From an uncultured Clostridia bacterium (GTDB taxonomy: Bacteria > Bacillota > Clostridia > Oscillospirales > CAG-272): a DNA stretch of 53,293 nucleotides. Location of the stretch: contig CALWJW010000002.1 in assembly GCA_944381095.1 (NCBI GenBank), positions 1 through 53,293 on the forward strand, read 5' to 3'. Both the position numbers and the translations under genes were made by a program. Of the stretch, positions 8,228 to 18,433 are shown piece after piece. Position 1 is the first letter of the stretch. Each line of letters begins with the position of its first letter. The notes below the pieces were generated by a model. That model was not told the DNA's origin and did no database searches. It was given only the letters and a program-made list of their open reading frames with translations.

Positions 8228-9145
8228 ATGGAAAAAATAGATAAAGAACTGCTTTCGGAAATAGCGGGAATACATGAAATTCCGCAGGGAGCATATAACA
8301 TAAGAAAGAACAGTGATTCGGCCGGCAGAAAAAGTACCGAATCAATAATAATCGAATCTAAAAAGGATAAGCCCGGAATTGATATCAGAGTCAAACCCGG
8401 GACAAAAAACCAGTCGGTTCATATACCGGTTATAATTACCGAGACAGGAATAACCGAGATGGTTTACAATGATTTTTATATCGGGGATGACAGTGACGTT
8501 CTCATTGTAGCCGGTTGCGGTATTCACAACAGCGGTGACAAGGAAACGGGACATGACGGACTTCACAGGTTTTTCATAGGGAAAAACGCAAAAGTCAGGT
8601 ATATAGAAAAGCATTACGGAGAGGGAGACGGTAACGGCAAAAAGATAATGAATCCTTCTACCGAAGTTGAAATGCAGGAAAATTCCGTATGCGAAATGGA
8701 AATGGTACAGATAAAAGGCGTTGATTCAACTTTGAGGAAGATGACGGCTAATCTCGGAAAAAACGCAAAACTTACCGTAACTGAAAGAATGATGACACAC
8801 GGACAGCAGACGGCACGCTCGGACATGATAATAAACATGAATGGCGAAGGATCATCTGCTCAGGTTATTTCAAGGTCTGTCGGTAAGGATAATTCTGACC
8901 AGACATTCAATCCGGTAGTAGTGGGAAATAACAGCTGCCGTGCGCATATTCAGTGCGACTCGATAATAATGGACAGTTCAAAAATCAGGTCAATTCCTGA
9001 GATCGCGGCAAACCATAAAGAGGCTCAGATAGTACACGAAGCCGCTATCGGACGTATAAACGGTGATCAGTTACTTAAACTTCAAACTCTCGGATTGACG
9101 GCAGAAGAGGCTGAAAACGTAATCATAGACGGCTTCCTTAAATGA
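8228..9145 (+). CDS. SufB/SufD family Fe-S assembly scaffold protein (short form)
   Basis: 305 aa counted from ATG 8228 (MEKIDKEL), which follows GGGAGAA. The C-terminal HEAAIGRINGDQLLKLQTLGLTAEEAENVIIDGF is typical of SufB/D. Confidence 0.75.
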   Translation: MEKIDKELLSEIAGIHEIPQGAYNIRKNSDSAGRKSTESIIIESKKDKPGIDIRVKPGTKNQSVHIPVIITETGITEMVYNDFYIGDDSDVLIVAGCGIHNSGDKETGHDGLHRFFIGKNAKVRYIEKHYGEGDGNGKKIMNPSTEVEMQENSVCEMEMVQIKGVDSTLRKMTANLGKNAKLTVTERMMTHGQQTARSDMIINMNGEGSSAQVISRSVGKDNSDQTFNPVVVGNNSCRAHIQCDSIIMDSSKIRSIPEIAANHKEAQIVHEAAIGRINGDQLLKLQTLGLTAEEAENVIIDGFLK

Positions 9146-9324
9146 AATGGTATTGATATCTATGCCGGCATATTCACTTCACAAGGAGTAGCGGTTTAAT
9201 TGCAAAAAATTTCCCGCACCTGAATAAAATAAGGAAACGGAGTTATTTCTACATTTCAGACAATATTCGACAACAGATTTTAGCCTGAAAATGTTTCCGA
9301 AAGCTATTGCAGTAACAAATCAAG

Positions 9325-9386
9325 AAAACGGAGCAAATGTCTCCGGACCGAAAGATCCGGAAATAAATGCTCCGTTTTTATTTTTT
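9325..9386 (+). terminator. Intrinsic terminator after sufBD
   Basis: An 11-bp outer stem AAAACGGAGCA / TGCTCCGTTTT encloses an inner TCCGGA...TCCGGA hairpin and is followed by a T-run. Confidence 0.6.
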
Positions 9387-9539
9387 ACAGACCATTGCCT
9401 GCTTGATTTATATTCAGTAAGAAAAAGGTAATTTTACCGAAAGATATTCCGCTTGAAAAAAGTGAAAACACAATGTGCCTGTTTCATTTTTTTATTGAAG
9501 TGAGAGAGCAGGGTAGTATATAGATGTGCCGGCAACATT

Positions 9540-10469
9540 TCATTTAAAAAAGTCTCCTGCCGAAATTTTGTTGCCGTTGATGAAATCCTTTACCGGCATT
9601 TTTCTTTTGCTTTCAGGAAAGACCTCGTAAATTCTCAGTTTACCATTCCCGCAGGTTACATCAATGTGATTTTTGCTTACGTCTGTTACTTTTCCCGGAA
9701 TTCCCGTGAAATCTGATTCAACAGGTTCGGCAGATGTTACCTTGATTTTTTTACCGTTGAAAACGAAATATGCATAAGGAAAAGGTGTCAGTGCCCTGAT
9801 TTTTGCGCCGATCTTTAACGCGTCTTCGGAAAAATTTATGGCTTCATCTTCTTTACCGATCTTTTCCGCATACGTGGCAAGCGAGGGGTTTTGAGGAGTA
9901 AATACGGCTGTTCCGTTAGAAAACATATCGAGCACTTCGGTAAGAGCCTTACCGCTGAGAACGGCGAGGCGGTCGTGTACCGATTCGAGAGTATCAGAAT
10001 CGGTAATAGGAGTTTTGAGGACATGTATTATGTCGCCCGTATCGAGACCTTTTTCCATTTTCATTATCGTTACCCCTGTTTCGGTCTCACAGTTCATAAT
10101 AGCTCGCTGCATAGGGGCAGCACCTCTGTACTTGGGTAAAACCGATGCATGCGCATTTATGCAACCGTAACGGGGAAGCTTCAAAATAGTTTCGGGCAGT
10201 AATTTTCCGTAAGCCACAACTATTATAATATCCGGTTCGATATTTCTCAGATCTTTAAGAAACCCTTCATCTGACAGTCTTTCCGGTTGCAAAACCGGTA
10301 TATTCCGATCTGTTGCAAAGCGTTTTACCGAAGATTCTTTCAGACCGTAACCGCGACCTGCCGGTTTATCCGGTGTGGTTACTGCGGCTGACGGCACAAA
10401 GCCGGCGTCACAGAGATATTTCAGTACAATGGCGGAAAATTCGGGAGTTCCCATAAACACAGTTTTCAT
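9540..10469 (-). CDS. fmt: Methionyl-tRNA formyltransferase
   Basis: It has the N-terminal MGTPEFS and the HASVLPKYRGAAPMQRAI motif. It overlaps the def stop by 4 nt. Confidence 0.9.
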   Translation of the reverse strand: MKTVFMGTPEFSAIVLKYLCDAGFVPSAAVTTPDKPAGRGYGLKESSVKRFATDRNIPVLQPERLSDEGFLKDLRNIEPDIIIVVAYGKLLPETILKLPRYGCINAHASVLPKYRGAAPMQRAIMNCETETGVTIMKMEKGLDTGDIIHVLKTPITDSDTLESVHDRLAVLSGKALTEVLDMFSNGTAVFTPQNPSLATYAEKIGKEDEAINFSEDALKIGAKIRALTPFPYAYFVFNGKKIKVTSAEPVESDFTGIPGKVTDVSKNHIDVTCGNGKLRIYEVFPESKRKMPVKDFINGNKISAGDFFK

Positions 10470-10948
10470 TCACCAAGCTCCTCAATTTCCTCTTTTGTAA
10501 GCATCCTCAGAGCTTTATCGGTATACAAGACTCCGTCAAGGTGGTCTGTCTCATGACAAATTGCTCTCGCAAGAAGGTCAGTACCTTCAAGTACATAATA
10601 TTTTCCGTTACGATCCATTGCCTTTACTTTAACTGTTGTCGGTCTTTCGGTAATACCCCATCTCCCGGGAATTGACAAACAACCTTCAAGTTCATGCTGA
10701 ACTTCCTTTGATTTCTCAATAATAACAGGATTTATCATCTCGTACAGTTTTCCTGATTCTGTTTCAATGATAACGACGCGACGTAATACGCCGACCTGCG
10801 GAGCCGCGAGTCCGACTCCGTTGGCTTTGTGTAAGGTGTCTTTCATATCGTCAAGTAATGTAATTATTCGGGGAGTAATTGACTCGACAGGGCGGCTTAT
10901 TTTTCTCAGCTGTGGTTCGTCATCTGTAAGTATTTTCAGTATTGCCAT
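10466..10948 (-). CDS. def: Peptide deformylase
   Basis: The motifs are GVGLAAPQVG, EGCLSIPG and HETDHLDG. The start is taken at ATG 10948 (MAILKIL) after GGAGAAAACA. The ORF track extends to 11002. Confidence 0.9.
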   Translation of the reverse strand: MAILKILTDDEPQLRKISRPVESITPRIITLLDDMKDTLHKANGVGLAAPQVGVLRRVVIIETESGKLYEMINPVIIEKSKEVQHELEGCLSIPGRWGITERPTTVKVKAMDRNGKYYVLEGTDLLARAICHETDHLDGVLYTDKALRMLTKEEIEELGE

Positions 10949-11150
10949 TGTTTTCTCCGATTCTGCCTGCTGGGGCTTTTGTATATTTCTTATATCGTCC
11001 AAACCAGCGTTTTTTGATTAACTGCTGATTTGAATATAGACTATTAAGCGGCGCATTTTGGTTAAATTTTTATTGTGTAAAATCTCGAATTGAAATTGCA
11101 TGGTGTACTTTTGATAATAATTGTGTGTTTTTGATAATCAAAGCAAAAAA

Positions 11151-13664
11151 TCATAAAGCAACCGGGTTTATATCAATAGAAAGAGTTATATTTTTCGGCA
11201 TGGTATCGCCGAAATATCTCAGTATTTCTGAAAAAAACTGACATGATTTTGTGTTTATCCTGAATTTTACAACCATCCGAACCCGGTATTTTTCGCTCAA
11301 TTTATATACAGGAGCTTCAAACGGTCCGAAAAGTTGTAACGTCAAATCGCCGTATTTCTCAGTTTGCAGTTTTTTTATGTCGGCAGAAAGCTTATTTGCA
11401 GTCATAAAAGCAGTTTCTTCACTGTCAGATGTTGTCGTCAGGACGGCAATGTCACAAAAAGGAGGAAAGGTGAGCGCTTTTCTCAGTTTGATTTCATTTC
11501 TGTAAAATTGCTTGTAATCTTGTTTACACGCGAGCATGAGAAGAGGATGATCCGGAGCAAATGTTTGCAGATAAGCCATGCCGGCGTCCTTTCTTCTTCC
11601 TGCTCTTCCGATTGTCTGGCATATGAGTGAAAAAGCGCGCTCTGACGCCCTGAAATCGTCAGCATACAGACTTTGATCTGCTGAAAGCATCCCTACAACT
11701 GTAACATCAGGAAAATCGTGACCTTTTGTCACCATTTGGGTTCCGATGAGGATATCTGCTTCTCTGTTTTTGAACTGAGTAATTATTCTGTCATACGAAT
11801 CTTTGCTTGCGGTAGTATCGGAATCCATGCGTAATATTCTTGCTCCCAGTAACAGTTGTCTGAGTTGGTTTTCAGCGAGCTGTGTTCCGAAACCGGAAAA
11901 TTTAAGGTATCTGTTTCCGCATACCGGACATTTTTCCGGGACGAAAGTTTTAAAGCCACAATAGTGGCAGAGAAGGTAACCTTCCTGATTCAGTCTGTGT
12001 TTGTGATGAGTCAGCGAGACGCTGCAATGAGGACACATTATAACATTTCCGCACTCTGTACAACTGACATACCTGTGATAGCCACGCCGATTGACAAATA
12101 AAACAGCCTGTTTTCCGTTATTTACAGCAGACTTCACAGCACTTAACAGCTCAGAGCCGAAAAAAGAGGCGTTTCCGTTTTTGACTTCTTTTTTCATATC
12201 AATTATCTTAGTGTCAGGCAGAGAAGACTCTCCGTATCTTCCGGTTAGTTCACAAAGCGTGTATTTCCCGGTATCAGCTTTGTAGTAGCTTTCAACGGAA
12301 GGAGTAGCTGACGCAAGAAGCATGACAGCGCCGCTGAGCTTGCATCTGAGAGCGGCAACGTCTTTTGTTGCATATTTTGGTGAAGAATCAGACTTGTATG
12401 TATGCTCCTGTTCCTCGTCAATTACAACCAGACCGAGATTCTGAAACGGAGCAAATACCGCTGACCTGGTACCTATACAGAAACTTACCAGTCCTTTTTT
12501 TATTTTGCGCCAGGCGTCAAACCGTTCTCCGGCGGAAAGTCCTGAATGGATGACCGCCATCCTGTCGCCGAAAACAGCCGAAAAAAACGAGATAGTCTGT
12601 GGCGTCAAAGCGATTTCCGGCACGAGCATAATAACGGATTTACCTTTTTTCAGCACCTCGGCAGCCACAGCTCTTATCACCTGAGTTTTACCGCTTCCGG
12701 TTACCCCGAACAGAAGTGCCGCTTTCGGCGCATTCTCGTTTGTCAGTGCAATAATGGTATCAGCTGCTTTTCTTTGCTCTTCGTTAAGTACTATGTTCCC
12801 GGATTTATTACCGGAAAGAAAAAACGAACGGTAACGCTCAATTTTGTCGATTTTGACTAATCCTTTTTCCGTAAGGTTTTTTACCTGTTGTTGAGTGGAT
12901 GCGGTTTCGGATAAAAGCAGTTGAAGCTCACTGCGCCCTTTTTCGGCAAGGAAGCGCAGTATCCGGATGTAATTTCCGGAACGCATTTTTTTTGATCTGA
13001 GTATTTCTGTTGCAGAGGATTCGTCAAAACTATTTATGACTGGTTCGGCAAAATAGTCGTATTTAATATTACTCAGTTCTTTCACGCAGATTTCGGTAGA
13101 TAGTATTCCGTGTTCCGAAAGAAGAGATATTACCTTCTGTGTTAAAGTCGCTCCGAATTTAGCTGCTACCGTACTCTTGAAACAAACATCTTTTTTTCTG
13201 ATGTAGTTGTAAATACGGTATTCAACAGAACAGTCGGGGTAGTAATCGGGAAGCGGAGCGCAAATTTTTATCTGTTGTTCGAGTTTTGAAAAAGCAACAG
13301 CCGGCACAACTGTCCTCACAGCTTCACCGGTAGTACAGAATGTCCTGTTTTTAAGAAACTTTACAATTTCCATCTCATCTTTGCTGAGAGAGAGAGTAGA
13401 ATCGAGAATATGGCTGACAGGTTTGAAAAATTTACCCGGTTCTTCTTCGGCTGATTTTATGCCGAAAACGATGGCGGTTTCGGGTCTGTTACCGCCACCG
13501 AAAGGCACTGCCACCAAATCACCGATTTTTACAGACATATCATCCGGTATAACATAATCAAAAAGTTTGTCAACATGATATGGTACGTCAAGAATAAATA
13601 CCGAAGCAAGCCGAAAACGGCACCCCGAAGGAGCGCCGCCTTGAAATATAGTTTTATCTGACAT
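11151..13664 (-). CDS. priA: Primosomal protein N' (replication restart helicase PriA)
   Basis: Walker A is GVTGSGKTQ, the DEEQEH box is present, and there is a Cys-rich zinc region (CTECG...CPHC...CHYCG...CPVCG). The start is taken at ATG 13664, overlapping the rpoZ end by 11 nt. Confidence 0.9.
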   Translation of the reverse strand: MSDKTIFQGGAPSGCRFRLASVFILDVPYHVDKLFDYVIPDDMSVKIGDLVAVPFGGGNRPETAIVFGIKSAEEEPGKFFKPVSHILDSTLSLSKDEMEIVKFLKNRTFCTTGEAVRTVVPAVAFSKLEQQIKICAPLPDYYPDCSVEYRIYNYIRKKDVCFKSTVAAKFGATLTQKVISLLSEHGILSTEICVKELSNIKYDYFAEPVINSFDESSATEILRSKKMRSGNYIRILRFLAEKGRSELQLLLSETASTQQQVKNLTEKGLVKIDKIERYRSFFLSGNKSGNIVLNEEQRKAADTIIALTNENAPKAALLFGVTGSGKTQVIRAVAAEVLKKGKSVIMLVPEIALTPQTISFFSAVFGDRMAVIHSGLSAGERFDAWRKIKKGLVSFCIGTRSAVFAPFQNLGLVVIDEEQEHTYKSDSSPKYATKDVAALRCKLSGAVMLLASATPSVESYYKADTGKYTLCELTGRYGESSLPDTKIIDMKKEVKNGNASFFGSELLSAVKSAVNNGKQAVLFVNRRGYHRYVSCTECGNVIMCPHCSVSLTHHKHRLNQEGYLLCHYCGFKTFVPEKCPVCGNRYLKFSGFGTQLAENQLRQLLLGARILRMDSDTTASKDSYDRIITQFKNREADILIGTQMVTKGHDFPDVTVVGMLSADQSLYADDFRASERAFSLICQTIGRAGRRKDAGMAYLQTFAPDHPLLMLACKQDYKQFYRNEIKLRKALTFPPFCDIAVLTTTSDSEETAFMTANKLSADIKKLQTEKYGDLTLQLFGPFEAPVYKLSEKYRVRMVVKFRINTKSCQFFSEILRYFGDTMPKNITLSIDINPVAL

Positions 13665-13947
13665 TTTCACCGGGTGTTTTGATCGATTCGTCGTCGATCT
13701 CGTATTCGTGGCTTGCAAGACGCTTTATAGCTATTTTAACGGCTTTATCGTCCCGGAGTTCTTTATTGATTATTGCGCCGATAGGCTTGTCAGTTTCCTT
13801 ATTGGCGACCATAAGCTCAGCTTTTGTGTACTGTTCAATGTATTCGTCGGTAACTATTCGCGCACATTTCGCGGTGGCTATGCAGAGCATATACCGGTTA
13901 TATTTTCCGTTTTCGGAAAGTTGCTCAATGCCGGGTTTAATCATCAT
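13654..13947 (-). CDS. rpoZ: DNA-directed RNA polymerase subunit omega
   Basis: 97 aa, containing NRYMLCIATAKCARIV. It sits in the conserved position between gmk and priA. Confidence 0.8.
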   Translation of the reverse strand: MMIKPGIEQLSENGKYNRYMLCIATAKCARIVTDEYIEQYTKAELMVANKETDKPIGAIINKELRDDKAVKIAIKRLASHEYEIDDESIKTPGENVR

Positions 13948-13974
13948 GGCTTTATGATTCCTTTCAGTGTTGAA

Positions 13975-14583
13975 TCAGGTATTGTAAAAATCTTTTACAA
14001 AATTTGATCTGTGTTTAGTCGACATTTTATCTACCCGGACTATGTCGCGGATATTTTCGGCTGCTTCATCAGCTTTTCCTTTTTCGTTAATTACTATGAA
14101 ATCATAGTAGTTCAGGAATTGCAGTTCGCGTTTTGCCGCGGTCAGACGCTGATTTATATCGTCGTCGGTATTTGTACCGCGACCTCTCAGTCTCGTGTCG
14201 AGTGTCTGATAATCCGGAGGAGATAACCAAATAAGAAGAGCTTCCGGGAATTTGGCTTTGATCTGAAGCGCACCTTGTGTTTCAATTTCAAGAATAACAT
14301 TCTTACCGGACTTCATCAGTTCATTGATGCTCTTAATCGGTGTTCCGTAGAAATTTCCGACATACTCGGCAAACTCGGCAAGCTCACCGTTGGCGATCAT
14401 GTCAATGAACTCTTCACGTGTGACAAAATTGTAAGTTACTCCGGGAATGTCGTCGGCACGCGGCTGACGTGACGTCGTGGAAACCGACACCTTGTAGCTT
14501 TCATCCTGAAGCAGGAGTCTGACGACAGTTCCTTTGCCGCTGCCTGCCGGACCGCTGATCACTATAAGAGATCCTTTGTTCAT
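13975..14583 (-). CDS. gmk: Guanylate kinase
   Basis: The P-loop is GPAGSGKGT, followed by STTSRQPR and the conserved core. Confidence 0.9.
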   Translation of the reverse strand: MNKGSLIVISGPAGSGKGTVVRLLLQDESYKVSVSTTSRQPRADDIPGVTYNFVTREEFIDMIANGELAEFAEYVGNFYGTPIKSINELMKSGKNVILEIETQGALQIKAKFPEALLIWLSPPDYQTLDTRLRGRGTNTDDDINQRLTAAKRELQFLNYYDFIVINEKGKADEAAENIRDIVRVDKMSTKHRSNFVKDFYNT

Positions 14584-14631
14584 TTGAATATTCCTCCGTA
14601 ATTTTTGAAAAGTATCTGAAAATTTCCGGTT

Positions 14632-14907
14632 TTATACTTCGCTGTCGCGAATTTCGGAATCGTCTTTGCCTGCAAGGCGCGCTGAAACAGTTTCACATTG
14701 CAAAGAGGAGAGAATAACCTTTCCGCAATCAGTTATGAGAACAGAACGGGTTTTTCTCCCGCAGGAGGCATCGATGACATTCCCCGCTGTTTTTCCGTCG
14801 ATCACCAGACGCTTTACCGGAGCTGAATCCGGGCTGAAAACAGCTACGATTCTTTCAGCGCAGACAGTATTTCCGAATCCGATATTAACAAATCTCATTT
14901 TTGACAC
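14632..14907 (-). CDS. remA: RemA/DUF370 family regulator
   Basis: 91 aa, containing IGFGNTVCAERIVAVFSPDSAPVKRL. It sits in the conserved position between yicC and gmk. Confidence 0.8.
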   Translation of the reverse strand: MSKMRFVNIGFGNTVCAERIVAVFSPDSAPVKRLVIDGKTAGNVIDASCGRKTRSVLITDCGKVILSSLQCETVSARLAGKDDSEIRDSEV

Positions 14908-14918
14908 CTTTTTCGGTA

Positions 14919-15806
14919 TTATTCAATATTCTGAATCTGTTCACGTATTTTTTCAAGCAACGTTTTAATTTCTATAACTGTTTCCGTCAGTTTTATATCG
15001 GAAACTTTTGAACCTATCGTATTGACTTCGCGGTTAACTTCCTGAATCAGAAAATCAAGTTTTCTTCCGATGCCGTCATCAGATGCGATCAGCTTCCCGA
15101 ATGCGTCAAAATGACTTTCAAGTCTTACGATTTCTTCATCTATGGCAGTTTTGTCGGCAAATATCGCGCATTCCGTCAGTATCCTTGCGTTGTCTGTGTC
15201 GACGCCAAGGGAATCAAGCGTCTGACGCAACTTATTTTCCAGACGTTCCCTGTACTTTGACTGTGCATCATCCGCATGTTGTTTTATGAAGTTGATAAGT
15301 GAACGGACTTCATCCGCTTTTGTGTTCAGGTCGGTTGCAAGATTATCTCCTTCAGCCTTGCGCATGCGGATGAAAGATTCACATGCGCCGTCAAGAGCCG
15401 GCAAAAGCTCATTCCAGAGTTTATCCGCGTCCTCATCGGTTCTCAGTGTACAGAAAACGTTTTTGTTTTCGGCAATACGCATTACGGTGATGTCATCTGA
15501 AAGACCGAACCGGTCTCGGAGATTGCGCAGCGCCTCGATGTATTTTTCAGCATAAGCCGTATCAATAAGAATTTGAGTGTTCTCATTTTTCAGAACGTTT
15601 ATACTTATAAATACGTTTATCTTACCTCGTAAAATGCCTTTATTTTGCAAATAGACTTTGATTTTTTCCTCCAAAAATCCGTACTCCGGGGGAAGTTTTA
15701 CTGTGCAGTCCAAAAATCTGCTGTTGACAGATTTTATTTCCACCAGAAATTCTTTGGAATCGGAGGACAGTGCAAACCGTCCGTAAGCAGTCATACTGTG
15801 AGGCAT
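14919..15806 (-). CDS. yicC: YicC/YloC family stress-induced protein
   Basis: It has the N-terminal SMTAYGR and the C-terminal FLIQEVNREVNTIGSK motif. Confidence 0.85.
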   Translation of the reverse strand: MPHSMTAYGRFALSSDSKEFLVEIKSVNSRFLDCTVKLPPEYGFLEEKIKVYLQNKGILRGKINVFISINVLKNENTQILIDTAYAEKYIEALRNLRDRFGLSDDITVMRIAENKNVFCTLRTDEDADKLWNELLPALDGACESFIRMRKAEGDNLATDLNTKADEVRSLINFIKQHADDAQSKYRERLENKLRQTLDSLGVDTDNARILTECAIFADKTAIDEEIVRLESHFDAFGKLIASDDGIGRKLDFLIQEVNREVNTIGSKVSDIKLTETVIEIKTLLEKIREQIQNIE

Positions 15807-15929
15807 AAGATGTCCTTTCGTTTATCAGCAGCATGCTGATGGTGAGTAACATTGTAGAATAATAACATTTTACATCAAAAGGCTCCCGATGTCAAGAGTT
15901 TGTTCACAAATGTTTACAAATAGTGTGTA

Positions 15930-16457
15930 TCAACTTTGTTTGAAATACTTGCTTATGCCCAGTTTTTTTCTCAAAGTTCCGAAGTAGTAAATTATTATCT
16001 TGGTGAACAAATAATCATAAATGTAAAAAACAGCAAGTCCCGGAATAATCATAAGCAGATAGAAGAACCACTTGTCAGGCGGCAGACTGAAAAAAAAGAT
16101 AAAAACCAACAAGCTGACTGTAAAAGAAACCATGAACACAAATGTTTTAACTGTGTAAGCCAGCGGTTTTTTCAGTTTATCGGCTAAACCTTTGACTATT
16201 GGGTAGAATCCGAAAAAAGCGGCGAAAATCACCGCAGCTTCTTTGGAAGGGAGAAGCAACAGAGACAGTAATGAAGCGGCGGCGTAAACTCCGAGTCCTG
16301 TAAAATAGCCGAGTTCAGCGACGGTTATCATTACGGAAAAAGACGCCACAGCCGCCACGGATAAAGTCACCACATCGATCAGACTTCCGAAATAGAGGAT
16401 AACCACGGCGACCGCGACCAATATAGCTGAAAAACTTATTTTTTTAGCTATTTTCAT
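15930..16457 (-). CDS. Multi-pass membrane protein of unknown function
   Basis: About 175 aa, almost entirely hydrophobic helices. The start is taken at MKIAKK. I recognise no family. Confidence 0.5.
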   Translation of the reverse strand: MKIAKKISFSAILVAVAVVILYFGSLIDVVTLSVAAVASFSVMITVAELGYFTGLGVYAAASLLSLLLLPSKEAAVIFAAFFGFYPIVKGLADKLKKPLAYTVKTFVFMVSFTVSLLVFIFFFSLPPDKWFFYLLMIIPGLAVFYIYDYLFTKIIIYYFGTLRKKLGISKYFKQS

Positions 16458-16502
16458 AAAACACCTCACAAACAAGTTTAACGGCGAATTTTCGCCGTTA
16501 AA

Positions 16503-17102
16503 TCAGCAACAGGTTATAAAGTCTCCTCCCATACATTCACAAAGGCAGTCAAGACAAATGAGCTGTGTACAACAGTCGAGTACGTTACATGAGTGATCTC
16601 GTTGAGTAGTCGGAGCACCGTTATTCGGATTGTTGCCGCGGGAATAACTGTAAGCCTGACTTTTCATAACATCATACGCCTGCCGGTATTCACCGTTTGA
16701 CGGATCCATATTACAGGCAATTTCAAAGAATTTCTTTGCGTCGAGGTACCACCCTCTCTGGGAAAGCACACAGCCTTTAAGAAAATGCCATTCTGCATTT
16801 CTGTCAGCCGCATTCATAGAATCAAGCTTTATTTCCGCTTCCGAAAAATTACGCTGATTTATCATTTCGCGTATCTTGGCAAATTCAAACTTTGAGTATT
16901 CAGAATTACCGCCGTTTTTACGCATCAGCATATCATATGCTTCATTTATTTCTTTCATCTTTTCTTCCGCAAGCTCACGCATAGAAGCATCCGGAAAGTT
17001 GTCCGGATGATACTTTTTCGCAAGTTCACGGTAGGCTCTTTTAATTTGTTCTTCATTGGCGTTGCGCGGCAAGCCAAGTACATCGTAAGGATTATTCTGC
17101 AT
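16503..17102 (-). CDS. J-domain protein with a Cys-rich C-terminal tail
   Basis: The N-terminal J domain reads YDVLGL...[13 protein letters not shown], with the HPD motif. The last 28 residues contain 9 Cys ([28 protein letters not shown]). Confidence 0.8.
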   Translation of the reverse strand: MQNNPYDVLGLPRNANEEQIKRAYRELAKKYHPDNFPDASMRELAEEKMKEINEAYDMLMRKNGGNSEYSKFEFAKIREMINQRNFSEAEIKLDSMNAADRNAEWHFLKGCVLSQRGWYLDAKKFFEIACNMDPSNGEYRQAYDVMKSQAYSYSRGNNPNNGAPTTQRDHSCNVLDCCTQLICLDCLCECMGGDFITCC

Positions 17103-17117
17103 TTCAGTCTCCGGTAC

Positions 17118-18002
17118 TTAATTTTGATGTTCCGGCAGGACCGCCGGATCAATTTTCAGAATTTTTTCCGTTACGTTCGGTAAACCGAAACGGAAAATAT
17201 TGTCTATAATGTTGCTTATATCGCGGTATTTCATGTGTATCTGTGAAAAACTGTGCAGTGCTTCCGCTGATTCACGGAACAATGAAGCCCTGAGAAGATC
17301 GCCCGGCAATTCATCGAATCCTGATTTAAGAAGGGGATTGAAAGAACCTTTTTTCTTATCTTTTTCAAAGTCGTCACAGAGATCGATAAGATATATCCAT
17401 CTTCCGGTATGGTATCCGATGTCTGCACAGGCAGAAGAGTATTCGGAATTTTCGGCACAGTTGATAAAAACGTCTCTGAGAAGTTTTCCGAAAATATCAG
17501 CGCACATATCCGCAGATGATTCTGCTGAATTTTCCGATTCGGAAAGCTTTACGAGGTGTTCTCTGATCTTTCCGGCGAGATCATCAAGATTCCAGTCCGG
17601 AAACGCTTTAAGAGCTTTTTTCATGTTGCGTCGCGCCATTGCTATCGCAGGAGAAAGAAGGCTGCTGAATTTTTTATCCCGGTCGTCTTTATCGTCAAGC
17701 AACTTGTAATAAGCCAGAACCGAAGCAACAGATGCTGTATAACAAAGCGAGGAATTGGAAACGGCTATCGGTCTTTTTTTTATAGGATGAGCAGCACATT
17801 TTCCGGGGCGCACCTGAAAGCCTTCCTCAGTTAACCCGCTTCTGAGCAGAGCCAGTAGAACGAAATCGTATGAAAGCGTGAAAGTGGAAGACAGTCCGGT
17901 GTACTTTTTCATTGTCTTGCACAAACCGCAGTAAACACCGCGGTAGAGTGCGTAATCTTTCAATTTCAGTTCATCTTCCCGAACTCTGACATATCCGAAC
18001 AA
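17118..18002 (-). CDS. DUF5685-like protein
   Basis: The N-terminus is MFGYVRV...YCGLCKTMKK. The apparent start codon is TTG. It lies immediately upstream of the J-domain gene. Confidence 0.6.
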   Translation of the reverse strand: MFGYVRVREDELKLKDYALYRGVYCGLCKTMKKYTGLSSTFTLSYDFVLLALLRSGLTEEGFQVRPGKCAAHPIKKRPIAVSNSSLCYTASVASVLAYYKLLDDKDDRDKKFSSLLSPAIAMARRNMKKALKAFPDWNLDDLAGKIREHLVKLSESENSAESSADMCADIFGKLLRDVFINCAENSEYSSACADIGYHTGRWIYLIDLCDDFEKDKKKGSFNPLLKSGFDELPGDLLRASLFRESAEALHSFSQIHMKYRDISNIIDNIFRFGLPNVTEKILKIDPAVLPEHQN

Positions 18003-18130
18003 AATCCATTCCGATCCTCTCGTAAATTTACAAAACTAATGATAATACCTCTTGATTACTTCTAAATAAAGGCGTGATAAATTTTTTGTAAACAAAACGC
18101 AAATCATAAGATTTGCGTCAAAAAATTGAA

Positions 18131-18433
18131 TTATACGGTATAGTCCACACAAGCTCTGTCAAGTCTTACTTTTTTCATAAATTCTCCGACAGCTTTGTGT
18201 GCCGGATGCATAATGTATTCGTCCAGCCCTTTCTGATCATCAAAAGTGGAGATAAGTACCAGGTCGTAGTTAGTTGAATTTGTTCCGTTATCCGTACGGA
18301 TCTCAGAATCTTTCAGAGACGGTATCACTCCGCTTAGTTTTTCAAGCATATTTCTGGCAGTCATGATATTCTCAGATTTTGTTTTTCCCTCAGCGTTATC
18401 CATGAATCTGAACATTACTATGTGTTTAATCAT
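18131..18433 (-). CDS. Dabb (stress-responsive alpha/beta-barrel) domain protein
   Basis: 100 aa with MIKHIVMFRF at the N-terminus and HPAH in the C-terminal half. It overlaps the queT stop by 8 nt. Confidence 0.7.
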   Translation of the reverse strand: MIKHIVMFRFMDNAEGKTKSENIMTARNMLEKLSGVIPSLKDSEIRTDNGTNSTNYDLVLISTFDDQKGLDEYIMHPAHKAVGEFMKKVRLDRACVDYTV

